This document shows, one piece after another, positions 23,990 to 38,115 of a stretch of 64,000 bases of DNA. Location of the stretch: positions 57,784,001 to 57,848,000 of the forward strand of contig OX597832.1 in NCBI GenBank assembly GCA_951406725.2, in the 5' to 3' direction. Both the position numbers and the translations under genes were made by a program. The notes beneath the pieces were generated by a model that saw only the letters and a program-made list of their open reading frames with translations, did no database searches and was not told the origin of the DNA. Position 1 is the stretch's first letter, and every line of letters begins with the position of its first letter. The DNA is from Octopus vulgaris. Its lineage: Eukaryota.

Positions 23990-24200
23990 GAATTTTTGTG
24001 AATGTTTTTTTTTTCCTTTTTGGAGAGAGAACCTATCATATTTACCATTCTGGTAGCTGGAGTATGGACTGGTCTTCCGAGTAGAACAATCGACTCGGAA
24101 GAACAGTCCATACATTGACTACCACCAAAGTTCACCGTATACAGAACAGTAAATATGATAGGTTCTCTCTCCAAAATAGAAAAACCATTCACAAAAATTC
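23990..24200. mobile_element. Nested fold-back, MITE-like element
   Basis: Outer arms gaatttttgtgaatg...ggagagagaacctatcatatttac / gtaaatatgataggttctctctcc...cattcacaaaaattc. Inner hairpin gtatggactggtcttccgagt / actcggaagaacagtccatac. Confidence 0.7.
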
Positions 24201-24684
24201 ATATATTTCGTTTATTTCTCAGATATGATGATCAGGATGATCATATTGTTTGTCTTTTTTCTCTCTCTCTCTGTCTCTTTCTCTCTCTCTCTCTCACACA
24301 TACACACCCCCTTAGTCTCTCTCATACACACATACACACTTCCTCTCTCTCACCTTTTTTTTTTCTTTTACTTATATCTCTCGCTCTTATAATCTTTCTC
24401 TCTTTCTCCTTTTATCTCTCTCTGTCTCTCCGTTAATCTCTCTATCTTTTCTTTCTCTCTCTCTCTCTCTCTCTCTCATTCTCTCTCTCTTACTCTCTTC
24501 ATATACCAAAGATGACATTGAGAAAGAGACTGTAAACTGTAAAACTTCAGTTCATTTCTTCAATTTTTTCCAATGGAGTTAAACCACAAAGTTACTCCTA
24601 TGACTGCAGCAGCACTCCCAGTAAGGCTTCGAATAATTCATAGTTTTATCTTTCCCCATCAGAATGGAATCCTTCTTGCACCGA

Positions 24685-24716
<32 letters not shown>

Positions 24717-26269
24717 AATATATATATGTGTATATACATATGTATGTATGTATGTATATACATATATATATATACATACATGTATCAATGTCTGTATGTA
24801 AGTGCATATGTCTCTCAGTGTGTGTGTGTGTGTGTGTGTTGTGTTTGTATGCAAATGTAAAAACCAATAAGAAGCTATAGATATTTAACTAGTGTGGAGG
24901 AAACGGAAACCTAAGCTTAGTCATAACTAATTTGATTTAAGTTCCCTGCAACTGCAAAAATTCTTGACAAAAATTTGAAAAGTAAGATAAATCTACAATC
25001 AGATTAAAACCTTCGTGTTTGTTATTCTAGCTGCGTCTCCTTCAATGGCCATAAGTCTTGTGAAGTTAAAATCCCTTGATTTCAAATCTGCAAGAAAACC
25101 GGCGATTCATTTAGATTTTTGACAATAAGCGTTAATTGAATCTCTTGAGAGTGTTTCATTGAAAAACAGTTTCAGAAATAGTTGGATTGCCACCACCTCT
25201 TGCAATACAGTACTACCACAATGCCGTTTGCAGAGTGGGCTTTCCAAACTACTGCATGCAGCTAAATAAGAATGAGAATTCTCCTTTCAATATAAAGGCC
25301 GTCTCTTTATTTCTGTCTATTTTTCTCCCTCCCACATTTTACAATCGAGCTTGTTTTTGTTTCTTCTTGTGCAAACAAAATTTCATTCATATTTGAAATA
25401 TTCACGGCATGGCAATAAATTTTATGATAAAAATGAACGTGAAATATTCATTGTGCGGCAATAAATTAAACGGTAAAAATCTACTCAGAGAACAAGTCTT
25501 CAGAATTAGATTTACAAAGCTATTGACAGAAAAATATTGCTCTGCAATAGTAATGTGATAAAAAGCTACTTGATTCATACGTAGCTGATTATGCAAACGG
25601 AATCTACATGCATTCACAGTGTCTATAATTTATGATCCATTCATAATTAGAGATGGTTAAGAATTTAACAGAATCTAGATGTACAATTAAAAATTCCCCT
25701 GGCTTTCTTTTACCATTCTTTCCCCTTTCTTGTTTTGTTTTCCGTCCTGTTTAAGATATTTTGATTAATGTAACAGGATGGCGGTAGATTTCAATGCACA
25801 TTATAAGAATGATTTATTCATTAGAATATTCCGCTGGATGTCTTGAAATAATACCCAAAGCCTTGTTCTCACTGATAAATTGCTATAAGAGTTTTTGAAG
25901 ATTCTGCAAATTTCTCACCTTCAAAACAAAAAAGAAATATATAAATAAAAAGGGAAAGCATAAAAGAAAGCAAGATTAATTTAAAGAATAAATTTATTCT
26001 CTGAGTTGCTAATCCATTTTATCTGCTAAATGGAATTAAAGAGACAAAAGTGATAGGGTTGTTGTTTCTTATCAAAATATTTAGTGGCCATCGATTGCTG
26101 CCTAATATGATAAAGGAAAGAGCTTTCAGACTTTGTCAACAAATAACTGTGTGTGCTTCTGTTTTTTGGGGAACTTCTAAATGTTTGGTTAAGAATATTA
26201 ATATTTTTGAAGGCATGGTGGTCCACACAGCCATGACAATGGGTCCCTGGATTGACTGCGTTAAAATAT

Positions 26270-26550
26270 TCGGTACATGAGATAATGAGTTCGATTCCTG
26301 GATCGGGCTGTGTGTTGTGTTCTTGAGCAAGACACTTTATTTCACGTTGCTCCAGTCCGCTCAGCTGTAGAAATGATTTGCGACGTTAACCTTTACCTTT
26401 CCTCTGAATAATATCGAGGGTCTGGAGACAGGAGGCTGGTATGCATGGGCAACTACTGGTCTTCCATAAACGACCTTGCCCAGACTTATGCTTCAGAGGT
26501 AAATTTCTAGGTGCAATCCCATGGTCATTCATGTCTGAAGGGGGTCTTTA
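26270..26550 (+). mobile_element. CORE-type SINE (family D)
   Basis: B-box gagttcgattcc followed by CORE-like tgtgttcttgagcaagacactttatttcacgttgctccagtccgctcagctgtagaaatg. Relatives at ~44925-45150 and, with a different tail, ~57600-57895. Confidence 0.75.
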
Positions 26551-29415
26551 TTTGGCTTCATCTGTCACTATTCTGTGTTCAAATACTGATGGATTTAACT
26601 TTTATTTTCTTTTTAATCTCTTCTGGGATTCATAAAACTAATACTAGTAATTTACTGGGGTCAGTTTCAGTAATCATATTCTTCTACAAAATTTCTGCTT
26701 TGAAAAAATGGACAATAACTCTTTTTATTTTTGTTTTTTTCTTGGTTTAATTCCTAGACAGAGGATGGAGGGTAGTATCATGACCATTTATATAGGGTCC
26801 AAAAGAATGGTTGGGCAGATAGGGGAGGCAGGACAAAGGCAGAAAACCCTGGATAAGTTTAATAGGAAGTAGGCATCATGTTATACTCAGACTGGGGATC
26901 TACAGCAAATGCTTGTCACCTGAGTGGACTCAACAATCTCTGACCAAATATCAATGTCCTTCCTGGTTCTCTTCAGGCACGTTCACCCCCATTAACTATG
27001 TCAACCAATTCAACAAAACGATATCCTAATTTATTTTTAATTTACCTGTATTACATATGAAGTTTCTCATTATTATTATTATAGATGTTGGTTTTGATAT
27101 CAAAACTAGGGCTAATGCAAATATAGGAGTTCGAAACTAGGGCTAATGCAAATACAGGGATCTGAGATGTTCAGCATGTCTGTCTGTCATGAAATCCCCC
27201 CTCCACCCCACACTACGACAGTAAACAGTTTTTCCCTTTTGTTTCTCTGTATTTCGTGAGATGTGTTCACAGAGGGAGGTAATACAGGACAACAGTTTTG
27301 CAGCTTCCCATACTGCCCCACACAAATTTACATGGAAACTGCACATCTACTTAATAAATTATTATTGATATATATATATATATTTTTTTGTACATGCATG
27401 GGTTTGATGAGGGATCAAGGATTCCATAAAGAAATCAATGGTGTAAGGCACCTCTGGTGTAGATTAAGCCCAGCCCTCCAAACTGCTGGTCTTGTGGCTA
27501 TACCAGAGACCATTGTTTATAGCTGTATCTGTTTCTGGTGCCAGTGCCAAAGCACCCATGCTGGTGCCATGTAAAAAGCACCCAGTGCACTCTGTAAAGT
27601 GGTTGGCATTAGGAAGGGCATCTGTAGAAACTGGAGCTTGGCGCTGTCCTGACTTGCCAGTTCCTGTCAAACTGTCCAACCCTTGCCAGCATGGAAAACG
27701 GATGGTAAATAATGATGGTGATGATGATGATGATGATGGTGGTGATGGTGGTAGTGATACAGTAGCAGTGGCAGTTAAGTTCATGTTTCTCAAAGCTTCT
27801 AGACTTTCATACTGTAAACCTACTGCATTTCATTGACATATTCATCAGAGTTAACAACAACAACAATAAATTTAAGAGCAATAATACCAGATTAGTAAAA
27901 AAAAATGTTGTGGGATTAACGTATGGCAGATTTGAACTCAAAGTTTTCTGGATTAAAGAATCTAGCATTCTAACCAATCAGCTAATCACTTCCCTCATTT
28001 CTTTTGCGCAGTATTCAAAGAGCATACATGATCAAACCAAGAACTAGAGACAAATTGTTTTGTCTTTTACTTCTTTCAGGCATTAGACTGTGGCCATGCT
28101 GGAACCTTACCTTGAGGAATTATAGTTGAATGAATCCACCCCAATACTTGTTCTGTTTTTCTTAAAGCCTGGTACTTTATCGTTCTATTTTGTTGAACTG
28201 CTAAGTTATAGGGATGCAAACTCACCAATGCTGACTGTCAAGCGGTGGTGGGGGGCAAACATATATATATATATATGATGGGCTTCTTCCAGTTTCCTTC
28301 TACTAAATTCATTCGAAAGGCTTTGCTTGGTTTGAGGTGGTAGTTGAAAATACTTGCCCAAGGTGCCATGCAGTGGGACTGAACTTCGATCCATGTGATT
28401 GGAAAGCAAACTTCTTACCACGCAGCCATGCTCACACCTAATTATTGGAAAGAAATTTATCGAAATTTAGAAATTTCTCCAGAGTGGAAAAGATTAATCA
28501 ACCAGCACAAAATTTCGCAAATTTGGCAGCACGTGAAACTGATTTAGCATCCTTTATAGTTTCTTAAGAAGTGTTGTTGAGGAGGAAGAAGAGGAATTAA
28601 GCCTAATCGATATTACGTTGACTGATGATGGTAAAGTCTTCTTATGTAAAAGATTACTGATCATCACAGCCTCTCGGCTATCTTAACCGTTCTTCAATAG
28701 CATGGTCAATGTAATCCTTTCTGCATTTTATATTGAAACCTTGGGGCTATCTGAATCTCTTCCATTGTCTCTCAGGCAGCTATTGCCTGGTTTTTCAGAA
28801 TTTGGAGGAGAATACCCTATGCACACACACACACACACATTCTCTCTCTTTCTTTCTCTCTCTCTCTGTAACATTTTCATGTAATTACTTGAAGGTATCT
28901 TGCTTTTAATTTGGATCCATTAAGAACTTAAAGGTAAGATGTTGGCAAACAGCAACATACCAAAACAGTTAGGTTCCAGGTTCAAACACCACTAAGGGTT
29001 AACATTTCTGTTGTGTTTCTTTCGTGGAGCCAGAGTTGTGAATAGCAGTAAGGCCGACCTTCTTCAGGGTGTGTGTGTGTGTGTGTATGGAGAGCATTGT
29101 TTTCCAGAGAGCTGAAACCTGGAATTATGAAAAAGGAATTTCAAAACTGACTTTGTGCTATGTACACATGACCTCTTATGAGGGCCAAGAACCAGTTATG
29201 GAATGTCCTAAGCTCAAAGACCAAAAAGGAGATCTATAAACAAAGTCGCTAGTTAGAAAACCTCTATAAGAGACGAAAATAGTATCTATACCGAGTAGTA
29301 ACGTTTATCACTACATCAGTATGGCTGTTTCATAGGAACCGCTAATACTACCGTTTTTAACCCCAGGAGAACATCTCCTGCAACTGGTTAGTTGATGCAG
29401 TCTGTACCCAATCTA

Positions 29416-29981
29416 TTGGGTTGTCCAGAAAGTTCGTGCTGATTTATAGTAGCTTACCTTTCGACTTATTTTAGAACATGGTTAAGTCTATAAAATAGGA
29501 TTTGACTACACCTCCATTTAGAGCACAGTTTATGCTATCTTTTCGTGGAAGAAGGTTTATGTTCCTATAACCTGTGTTAATTCTGTAACCCTTTGAAATG
29601 GAAGATAAGAAAGTTCATTTTCGGCACTTGATGCTTTGGGAACCAGACAAAAATTGCTGCAGCTCAGCTGGGATGTATTACCCCACCCTCCATATTCACG
29701 AGATATTGCTCATTTGGATTTCCACTTATTCAGGTCTCTGTAGAATAGTCTTAATGATAAAAATATAAATTCCTTGGATGACGTAAAAAGATACCTTGAT
29801 GAATTCTTTGCCATGAAACCACCTCAATTCTGGGAAGAGGGTATTTTTAAGTTAAAGGAAAGATGAAGATGCATTGTGCAACAAAATGTTTCTTATTTGG
29901 TTGATTAAAAATGTAATGGCAAGTATTTATTGACCTTTTTCTTTCCTTTAAAAATTGGCACGAACTTTCCGAACAACCCAA
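29416..29981 (+). mobile_element. Internally deleted mariner element, copy 2
   Basis: Same TIRs, TA flanks, 566-bp length and deletion junction (gatgctttgggaaccagacaaaaa) as 618-1183, with additional stop codons. Confidence 0.93.
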
Positions 29982-30036
29982 TATATATAGCAAGCAGGGG
30001 AGTGAACCCTTACCATCTTCTAGCAACGAGACAGGA

Positions 30037-30085
30037 CCACCAGACTGTCCAGTTTTGGGTTATTTGTGCTCATCCTCAGTGGTGG
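30037..30085 (-). ncRNA. Near-intact type I hammerhead ribozyme (Penelope-like)
   Basis: The minus strand reads CCACCA-CTGAGGA-t-GAG-cacaaataa-CCC-aAAA-CTG-ga-CAG-TC-TGGTGG: perfect 6-bp stem I, CUGANGA core, stem III and GUC site. GAAA is mutated to AAAA. Confidence 0.75.
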
Positions 30086-31052
30086 ACACCCATTCACTAG
30101 AGATAGCAGTAATCCACTCCAGTGCACAATATATAGAGAAATAAGTGACAACTGGACACTGATCTTGTAACAAGCAAAGCAGCTTGTTAGAAAATCTCTA
30201 CAAGGAATCTATAAACATATTCTACCCATCTTTACTACTATTGTTCAATGCTGGGTAGGCTTTGCTAGCTCCTGCTGTCATACTGTATATCAGATCATAG
30301 AGAAGCCACATGGTTTTGTGTCTAAATTATAAGGTTGTGAGTTCAATTTCTGCTGGTCTTAGAAAATTACTATTTTCAGCAACTGTACTCCTCCCTCAAT
30401 ACTGAACTCACCCACTCCACTCTGTCAAGGTGTCTTGTCTTGCAAGTTAATTAGTGATCTCACTTCAAATTTCAGAGGTCGACTTTATCTTTCATTATTT
30501 CAGGTTCGATAAATTAAGTACCAGTTGCATACTGGGCTTGATCTAATTGACCGCCCCCTCCCCCCAAATTTCGGGGCCTTGTGTCTAGAGTAGAAAAGAA
30601 TTAGTGATCTCACTAGTACCAGTGCACTAAACAAAGCCCCCAGTATAGTCTGTGAAGTGGTTGGCATTAGGAAGGGCATCCAGCCATAGAAACCATGCCA
30701 AAGCATGAACCATTGAAGTCCAACATAGTGTTCTGGTTCATCAGATCTTGTCAAACCATCCAGTCCATGCTGGAGTAGAACATGAATAAAATTACTGCCA
30801 TCCTTACATACATGCTCATCCTTTACCGGTGTCAGTGCCACATAAAATGCACTCATGCCACTGTTGCATAAGTGTGTCCATGCCTATGGTATGTACTAAG
30901 CATCCAGCACTTTCTATAAAGTGGTTGGCATTAGGAAAGACATCCATTTGTAGACACCATGCCACAACAGACAGTTGGAGTCTGAACAGCTCCCTGGCTG
31001 GCCAACTCTGTATCAAACTGTCCAACCCATGCCAGCAAGGAAAACAGACTTC

Positions 31053-31531
31053 TGTGCTGGTGGTACGTAAAAAGCACGATCTGAATGTGATTGATGCCAG
31101 CCCTCTCACCCCATCTAGCTCCTGTGCCAGTGGCATGTAAAAACACCAACTGAACGTGGTCAATGCCAGCCCCCTTACCCCGTCTGGCTTCTGTGCCAGT
31201 GGCACGTAAAAAGCACCAACCAAACATGGTTGATGCCAACCCTCTCACCCCATCTGGCTCTTGTGCCAGTGGAAAATATAAAGCACCAGCCAAACGTGGT
31301 CTATGCCAGCATCCTTGCCCTGTCTGGCTCTTGTGCCAGTGGCACGTAAAAAGCACCCGCTACACTCTTGAAGTGGTTGGTGTTAGGAAGGGCATGCAGC
31401 TGTAGAAATGTTGCTAGATCATATTGGAGCCTGGTGTAGCCTCCTGGCTTGCCAAACCCAAGTCAAACCGTCTGACCCATGCCAGCATGGAAAACAGATG
31501 TTAACGATGATGATAGTGATGATGATGATGA
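31053..31531 (+). mobile_element. SINE family C with 70-bp tandem array in its 5' part
   Basis: Units start at 31053, 31123, 31192, 31262 and 31332. The last unit runs into ttaggaagggcatgcagctgtag...acccatgccagcatggaaaacagatgttaacgatgatg. Confidence 0.88.
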
Positions 31532-32772
31532 TTTAAGTAGTTTAAATGGTTCTAAGATGTTGTGCATCTTGTTGAATAGTTACAGTTAATATTTGCACAC
31601 AGCTTTTATAGCGATTCAGATATCGCTCGACTGAGAAGAGATGCTGGTTACTAAATTCAGTTAAGTGAACTGAGAGAAGCAGAATCACTCAACTTGTCCA
31701 AAACCATACACTGCATCTCTGAAAGCCGCATTTGAAATTTTGACTTTTCACTATACGCTTCCTTCTAGGCTCTGCAATAAAGGAAAATTTTATTCCAATT
31801 TCTATGGAGGATAGCTTAACCATATTGCTTGCATTCAGTGAGTTGGACATTTTATTAGAAAGCATTCTAATCAACTTCACGACCAATCTTCATTTGCCAC
31901 ATTCCGGATCTGTCTTCACTGTCAAATTCTATAAGGTTTGTTACTGTAGCATTCTTCGCAAACTGGCATTATTAGCCTCTTTTACCTTTCATTGCCATCA
32001 TATTTCCTCTTCACTTAGACAACTGCACTATTTTTAATATCAAACAAATATCCACTCTGCTCCACTTCCACATTTACCGTTCTGCAATTCTTCAATGGAG
32101 GATCCCTTATTGTTCTTGAAAATCTTCTTCATTCTTCTTCATCTTCTTCTGCTATTGATTTTTCACCATTCCACCTCTATTGCTCTGTCTATCTCACCAA
32201 TTAATTTATATCTCAACAACAGACATCCTTTTCATTGCTACACACAGCCCGTTCTTCAATTACTTTAATATCCAACTTTTGCCATTTAGCGACATATTTA
32301 ATGGTGTACAGCATTCTGCGTAGTTCTGACAGACTCCTAACCATGACATTTTCAGCTGAGCTATTCCTTATACTAGGCACGTCCTCTGTTTTGTCAAGGC
32401 AACTTTCGTTACAGAAAAGAAAAAAAAAAAAGCAATGCGAGAGAGACAGACAGACAGAGAGAGTGAGCAAGCATCCAAGACATTGAGGATAAGGAAAAAA
32501 AAGGAAAAGAAAATTAATAAAAGCATAAAACTATCTTTCTTATTCACAAACAGGAGTTATTTCTGTTTGGGAGAGTTCTTCGTTCGTTGTGAATACTTGA
32601 CCGTTTCTCAATTTACACATTTATGGTGGCGAGGCTTTCTCATTCTCTTCTTGGGTATTGGTAAGAATTTAAATGAAACTTTCCTTGCTCAGAGGTTTTT
32701 CCCATTCTCTGAAACCAAATCATGCTGTGTCTTGTAAATTGTTCTCCCTCTCTCTCTCTCTCTCTCTCTCTG

Positions 32773-32804
<32 letters not shown>

Positions 32805-32890
32805 TATATACATATATATATGTCTGTGTGTGTGTGTATGTTTGTATATATATATATATATATATACACACACATATATATATACATATA

Positions 32891-32970
<80 letters not shown>

Positions 32971-33074
32971 TATATATATACATATATATATATGTGTGTG
33001 TGTGTGTGTTTGTATATATATATATACACACACATATATGTCTGTATATCTATATATGTATCTATGAATGTATG

Positions 33075-33198
<124 letters not shown>

Positions 33199-33544
33199 CA
33201 GAGAGAGAGAAAGAGAAATACATAGATAGATTGAGTAAAAGTGCATATGTATATATATTGCCTTTGTGCATTACTACAGCTGCAGTCAAAGAACCATCCC
33301 AAGTTCCAAACCCCTTCCACCCCCACCGGGCCACTCTGTTTACCTTGCACCAGCCATTGTCCAAGACAATGCTTCTGTGAATGTTTGTCTCACTCCTGAA
33401 ACATTATGGTCTGCAGCAGTTTTTCCTCGGTTTAATAAATCAAATGGTAATTCGTCCCCTTCAGGTAGAATCTGCCAACTATTTGAACTATTGGAATTGC
33501 CAAGCAACTGGCAGATCTTTTATGCACACACACACATACATGTA

Positions 33545-33830
33545 CATGATGATCCTCATCATCATCATCTCTATCATCATCATCATCATCATCATCTCTG
33601 TTACCATCATCCTCATTGTCATCGTCTCCATCATCATCGTCATCATTATCATCATCATCATCTCTTTTACCATCATCCTCATTGTCATCATCTCCATCAC
33701 TGTCATCATCATCATCATCATCTCCATCATCATCATCACCACCAACATCATCATCATCATCTCCATCGTCATCATCTCCATCACCATCCACCTCATCATC
33801 ATCGCCATCTCCATCACCATCATCATAATC
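33545..33830. repeat. Degenerate (CAT)n trinucleotide tract
   Basis: Direct reading; it generates poly-His, -Ile, -Ser, -Asp and -Met ORFs in several frames. Confidence 0.92.
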
Positions 33831-34414
33831 AATTTCATAGTATGTCCCCACTATTATTTTTACCTTTGCTGTTCACAATCAGATCTCTGAGTCATTTATT
33901 GATTATTGATTATTGATCCCAGATCTTCCCAACTCGTTAAAAGATCCACGATATTAAACGATCTTCCAATAATTGCACAATTCTTAGGAGGAACTTCTCT
34001 CAGCCAGAAAAATTCAAAGCATGTGTTTGTTGTTGTTGTTATTGAGCCTCAAGTCTGCCAACCTTACCCCTGCCCCACCCCCCAGTTCTTCAATAAATAG
34101 ACTTGTGCTCAAAGGCATTCCAACCATGAGCATCCAGTCTGGTTTTCTTTTTGTTCTTCTCAGTCATAGTGATGAATGTCGGCATGGTTGTGTGGTTACG
34201 AACTTTGCTTCTAGGTCTTTTGTTCTCAGGTTCAATCTCACCGCATGGCACCTTGAGCAAAGTGTTTTTATATGATACTTTAGTCCTTTGCTGGCCAAAA
34301 AGCATTGTGGGTTAATTCTGGTGTGAGGACCCTGTTGTATCCTCATATCAGCCCAACCCATGGTGACGTTGCTGTGATGCTGCTGCTGCTGCTGATGGCG
34401 ATGATGACAAAGAT

Positions 34415-34898
34415 AATCCTTTCTATTATAGGCACAAGGGACTGAAATTTGGGGGAGGGGCATAGTTGATTACATCGACCCCCAGTACTCAACTGGTACT
34501 TAATTTATCGACCCCTGAAATAATGAAGGCAAAGTTGAACTCAGTGGCATTTGAACTCAGATTGTGCAGACGGAGGAAATGCCGCTAAGCATTTTTGCCA
34601 GTATGCTAGCAACTCTGTCAGCTCACTGCCTTCTTGATAACAACAACAACAGCAACAACAATAATAATAACGATAATAATAATAATCCTTTCTACAACAG
34701 GCACAAGGTCTGAAATTTGGGGGAGGGGGATAGTCGGTTACATCAACCCCAGTATGCAACTGGTACTTAATTTATCGACCCTGAAAGGATGAAAGGCAAC
34801 CTTGATCTGGGCGGAATTTGAACTCACAACGTAGCTGCAGCTGAAATACCACTAAGCATTTCACCCGGCGTGCTAACGTTTCTGCCAGTTCACCGCCT
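34415..34898 (-). mobile_element. Two tandem SINE family B copies
   Basis: Reverse-complement family B copies separated by (AAC)/(AAT)n. Confidence 0.85.
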
Positions 34899-35389
34899 TA
34901 ATAATAATAATAATGATGATGATGATGGTGATGACAATGATGAAGAAGATGATGACAAGGATGATGGTGATGACAATGCTGATGATGATAATGGTGTATG
35001 TATTTGGCAGTGAATTGGCAGAGTGGTCAGAGCAATGGACAGAGTGCCTCACAGTATTTGTTTCCATGCACAGTGTGCTGGGTTATTGAGTTCAAATCGG
35101 GCCATGGTCAACTTTTCTTTGAATCCCTTTTCAGGCCCATAAATTAAAAGAACCAACCCAGGGAGAAAGATTAGCGGAACTATTAAAAGGAGCAGACAAA
35201 GCAAAATACCTTGTGGTGTCTATTGCAGCCCTTTGCATCCCAACAATAATATCTAGGATGACACTGTGCCAAATTGGCAGCCTACCCCTTGGATAACGTT
35301 ATGGCCTGGAGACATTTGGGGCTAACATTAGGGGCAGGACTACCCTTCTTCAAAAGAATCTTGCTCAGGTCTGCACATCATGAACAATA

Positions 35390-35795
35390 GGTGTAGGAGT
35401 GGCTGTGTGGTAAGTAGCTTGCTTACAAACCACTTGGTTCTGGGTTCAGTCTCACTGTGTGGCACCTTTTGAAAATGTCTTCTACTATAGACTTGGGCTG
35501 ACAAAAGCCTTGTGAGTGGATTTGGTAGACAGAAACTGAAAGAAGCCCGTATATATGTGTATATATATATGTATGTGTGTATATGTTTGTGTGTCTGTGT
35601 TTGTCCCCCAACATCGTTTGACAACCGATGGTGGTGTGCTTACATCCCCGTAACTTAGCGGTACGGCAAAAGAGAACCGATAGAATAAGTACTCGGCTTA
35701 CAAAGAATAAGTCCTGGGGTCGATGTGCTCGAGTAAAGGCGGTGCTCCAGCATGGCCACAGTCAAATGACTGAAACAAGTAAAAGAGTAAAAGAG
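35390..35795 (+). mobile_element. Full-length SINE family A
   Basis: Complete head, CORE-like segment, microsatellite and tail, ending gtaaaagagtaaaagag. Confidence 0.88.
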
Positions 35796-36245
35796 TTCTT
35801 TAGATAAGACTTTGTTAGGAAATTCTTGCATTGCGTTGTAGCGCCAATCTGCTACAATCAGATTATTTTATAAGCAAGTTATATGACCTGATCATCTTTA
35901 TTTCTTCCTAATCACACTCTGTTTGGCTTCGGCGGGTGGGGGCAATGGTTCTGATAATTCCCTCCTTTGTCTATAACTAGACATGCAGTCTCTCTTTCAT
36001 TATGTGTGTGCATGTGTGTGTGTGTGTGTGTGTAGTGAGAGAGAGAGAAAGAGAGTGCCATCTATGTATCATACTTAATGTACATACACTGTTGACAGGC
36101 ATGTATATATATATGTATATTTATATATATATAAATACATACACACATATATAAACACACACATACGTACATATACATACAGACATACCCACAAACTTGT
36201 GTACAGATATGCATACAGTACAAACAAGAATGTTTGTTTTTATGA

Positions 36246-36317
<72 letters not shown>

Positions 36318-36328
36318 TTATATATATA

Positions 36329-36386
<58 letters not shown>

Positions 36387-36436
36387 AACATATATATATA
36401 TATATATATATATATAAATTTATATATATATATGTG

Positions 36437-36474
<38 letters not shown>

Positions 36475-37013
36475 TTATATATATACATTTATATATATAT
36501 GTATACACGCACACACGTGTGTGCACATATTTATAGATGGATAAACCTACATGGATGTCACTGAATCTATGCACACACACACACACACACACTCTTATCT
36601 AGTGTTTTCTTTTTATCGTCGACATCAAAGGGTTGTGGTAGAGGCCATTGTAAGGATGTAATGATGTTGGGTAACCAGCCATGTAATGGTGAATTACTGT
36701 CAGCAAGGTGGGCCGATAATAGACTTGCCACATGTGAAGCCGGGAAGACAGGCAAACTGGCAGACAGGCGGACGTGTGTGTAATTAGGAACTTTGCTATA
36801 GAAATAGAGGGAGGAAGGGAGGGAGAGATGAGAGAGAGTGGTGGGAAGAGAGAAAGAAGACAGGGGTCTAACCGAACAATCATACCTCGCAGTTTATTCG
36901 GTCTGTGCCCACCAATCTGTCCTCCTTCCCCACATTCTACCTCACCCACCTCCCTATTTCCGTGTTTCCGTGTGTGTATCCATCTGTGTCTCTCTGTCTA
37001 TCTTTCTCTCCTT

Positions 37014-37047
<34 letters not shown>

Positions 37048-37318
37048 TGCATATACATATAAAGTACATATAGATGGATAGATATATGTACATATATGTA
37101 TATGGATAGGCATGCTCATGGTGTGTTTATGTAATGTATACATTCATACATATATATGTATATATATGTGTGCATATATATATATATATATACACACACA
37201 TATTTCCACATATATATACCCATATAGATATATACATCTACACACATATATATATATATAAATACACATGCATACTTATACCAACCTACATACGCATGTA
37301 CATACATATATATGCATA

Positions 37319-37383
<65 letters not shown>

Positions 37384-38115
37384 TATGTGTATGTGTGAAT
37401 GTATATATATATGTATGTATATATATATGTGTGTGTGAGTGTATATACATGCATATATACATACATATACATATATATATACATATATATGCATATATAT
37501 ATATATATATACATATGTGTGTGTGTGTATGTCATCTATATATGGGTGTAATTATCAACACAAGTATGTATAAACCACAAAGGATAATAGATGGGAGGAG
37601 AATGATTTGCTCTCTCTCTCCTTTTCTTTCTTTCTTTCTTTCCTTCTTTCTTTGTGTCTAACTTTGTTCTCTAATCTGACTCTGCCTGACCACCCAATTA
37701 ACAGTATTTCTGGACTGATTTCTGTTGGTCATCTAAGAAGTGCATTTGATGACCTCCTTGTCACATGGTACATGGTCACATTAGCTGAGCAACCGGGCAG
37801 CCAATTAGTATTTTGTATCACAGTCAGGTGATTCCCATAGTTTTTGACAGTTTTTTATTTATTAGTTGATTCACACACACACATACACACACACTCACAA
37901 GACCAAGTTCCCAGAACCGTCATATTTTTGCCATGATTGTATATATAAGAAGCAGAATGATAGATCATGCAGAATGTATTAATTTATCTTGAGAAACCAG
38001 CATTCCAGCATGGCCGGCTGTATGTGGCTTCAAGCTAGGGAATAAGAAATAAAAATATTGTCATAAAGATATTGTTCTCTTTCAAACATATAAGAGGTAC
38101 GGTTGTCTTTCTTCT

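Noticed and set aside
29040-29072. Minus-strand CTGAAGA-a-GG-tcgg-CC hammerhead
   Set aside because: No GAAA follows stem II.
33266-33916. His-rich or Asp-rich protein
   Set aside because: A (CAT)n tract open in most frames, with no splice or domain context.
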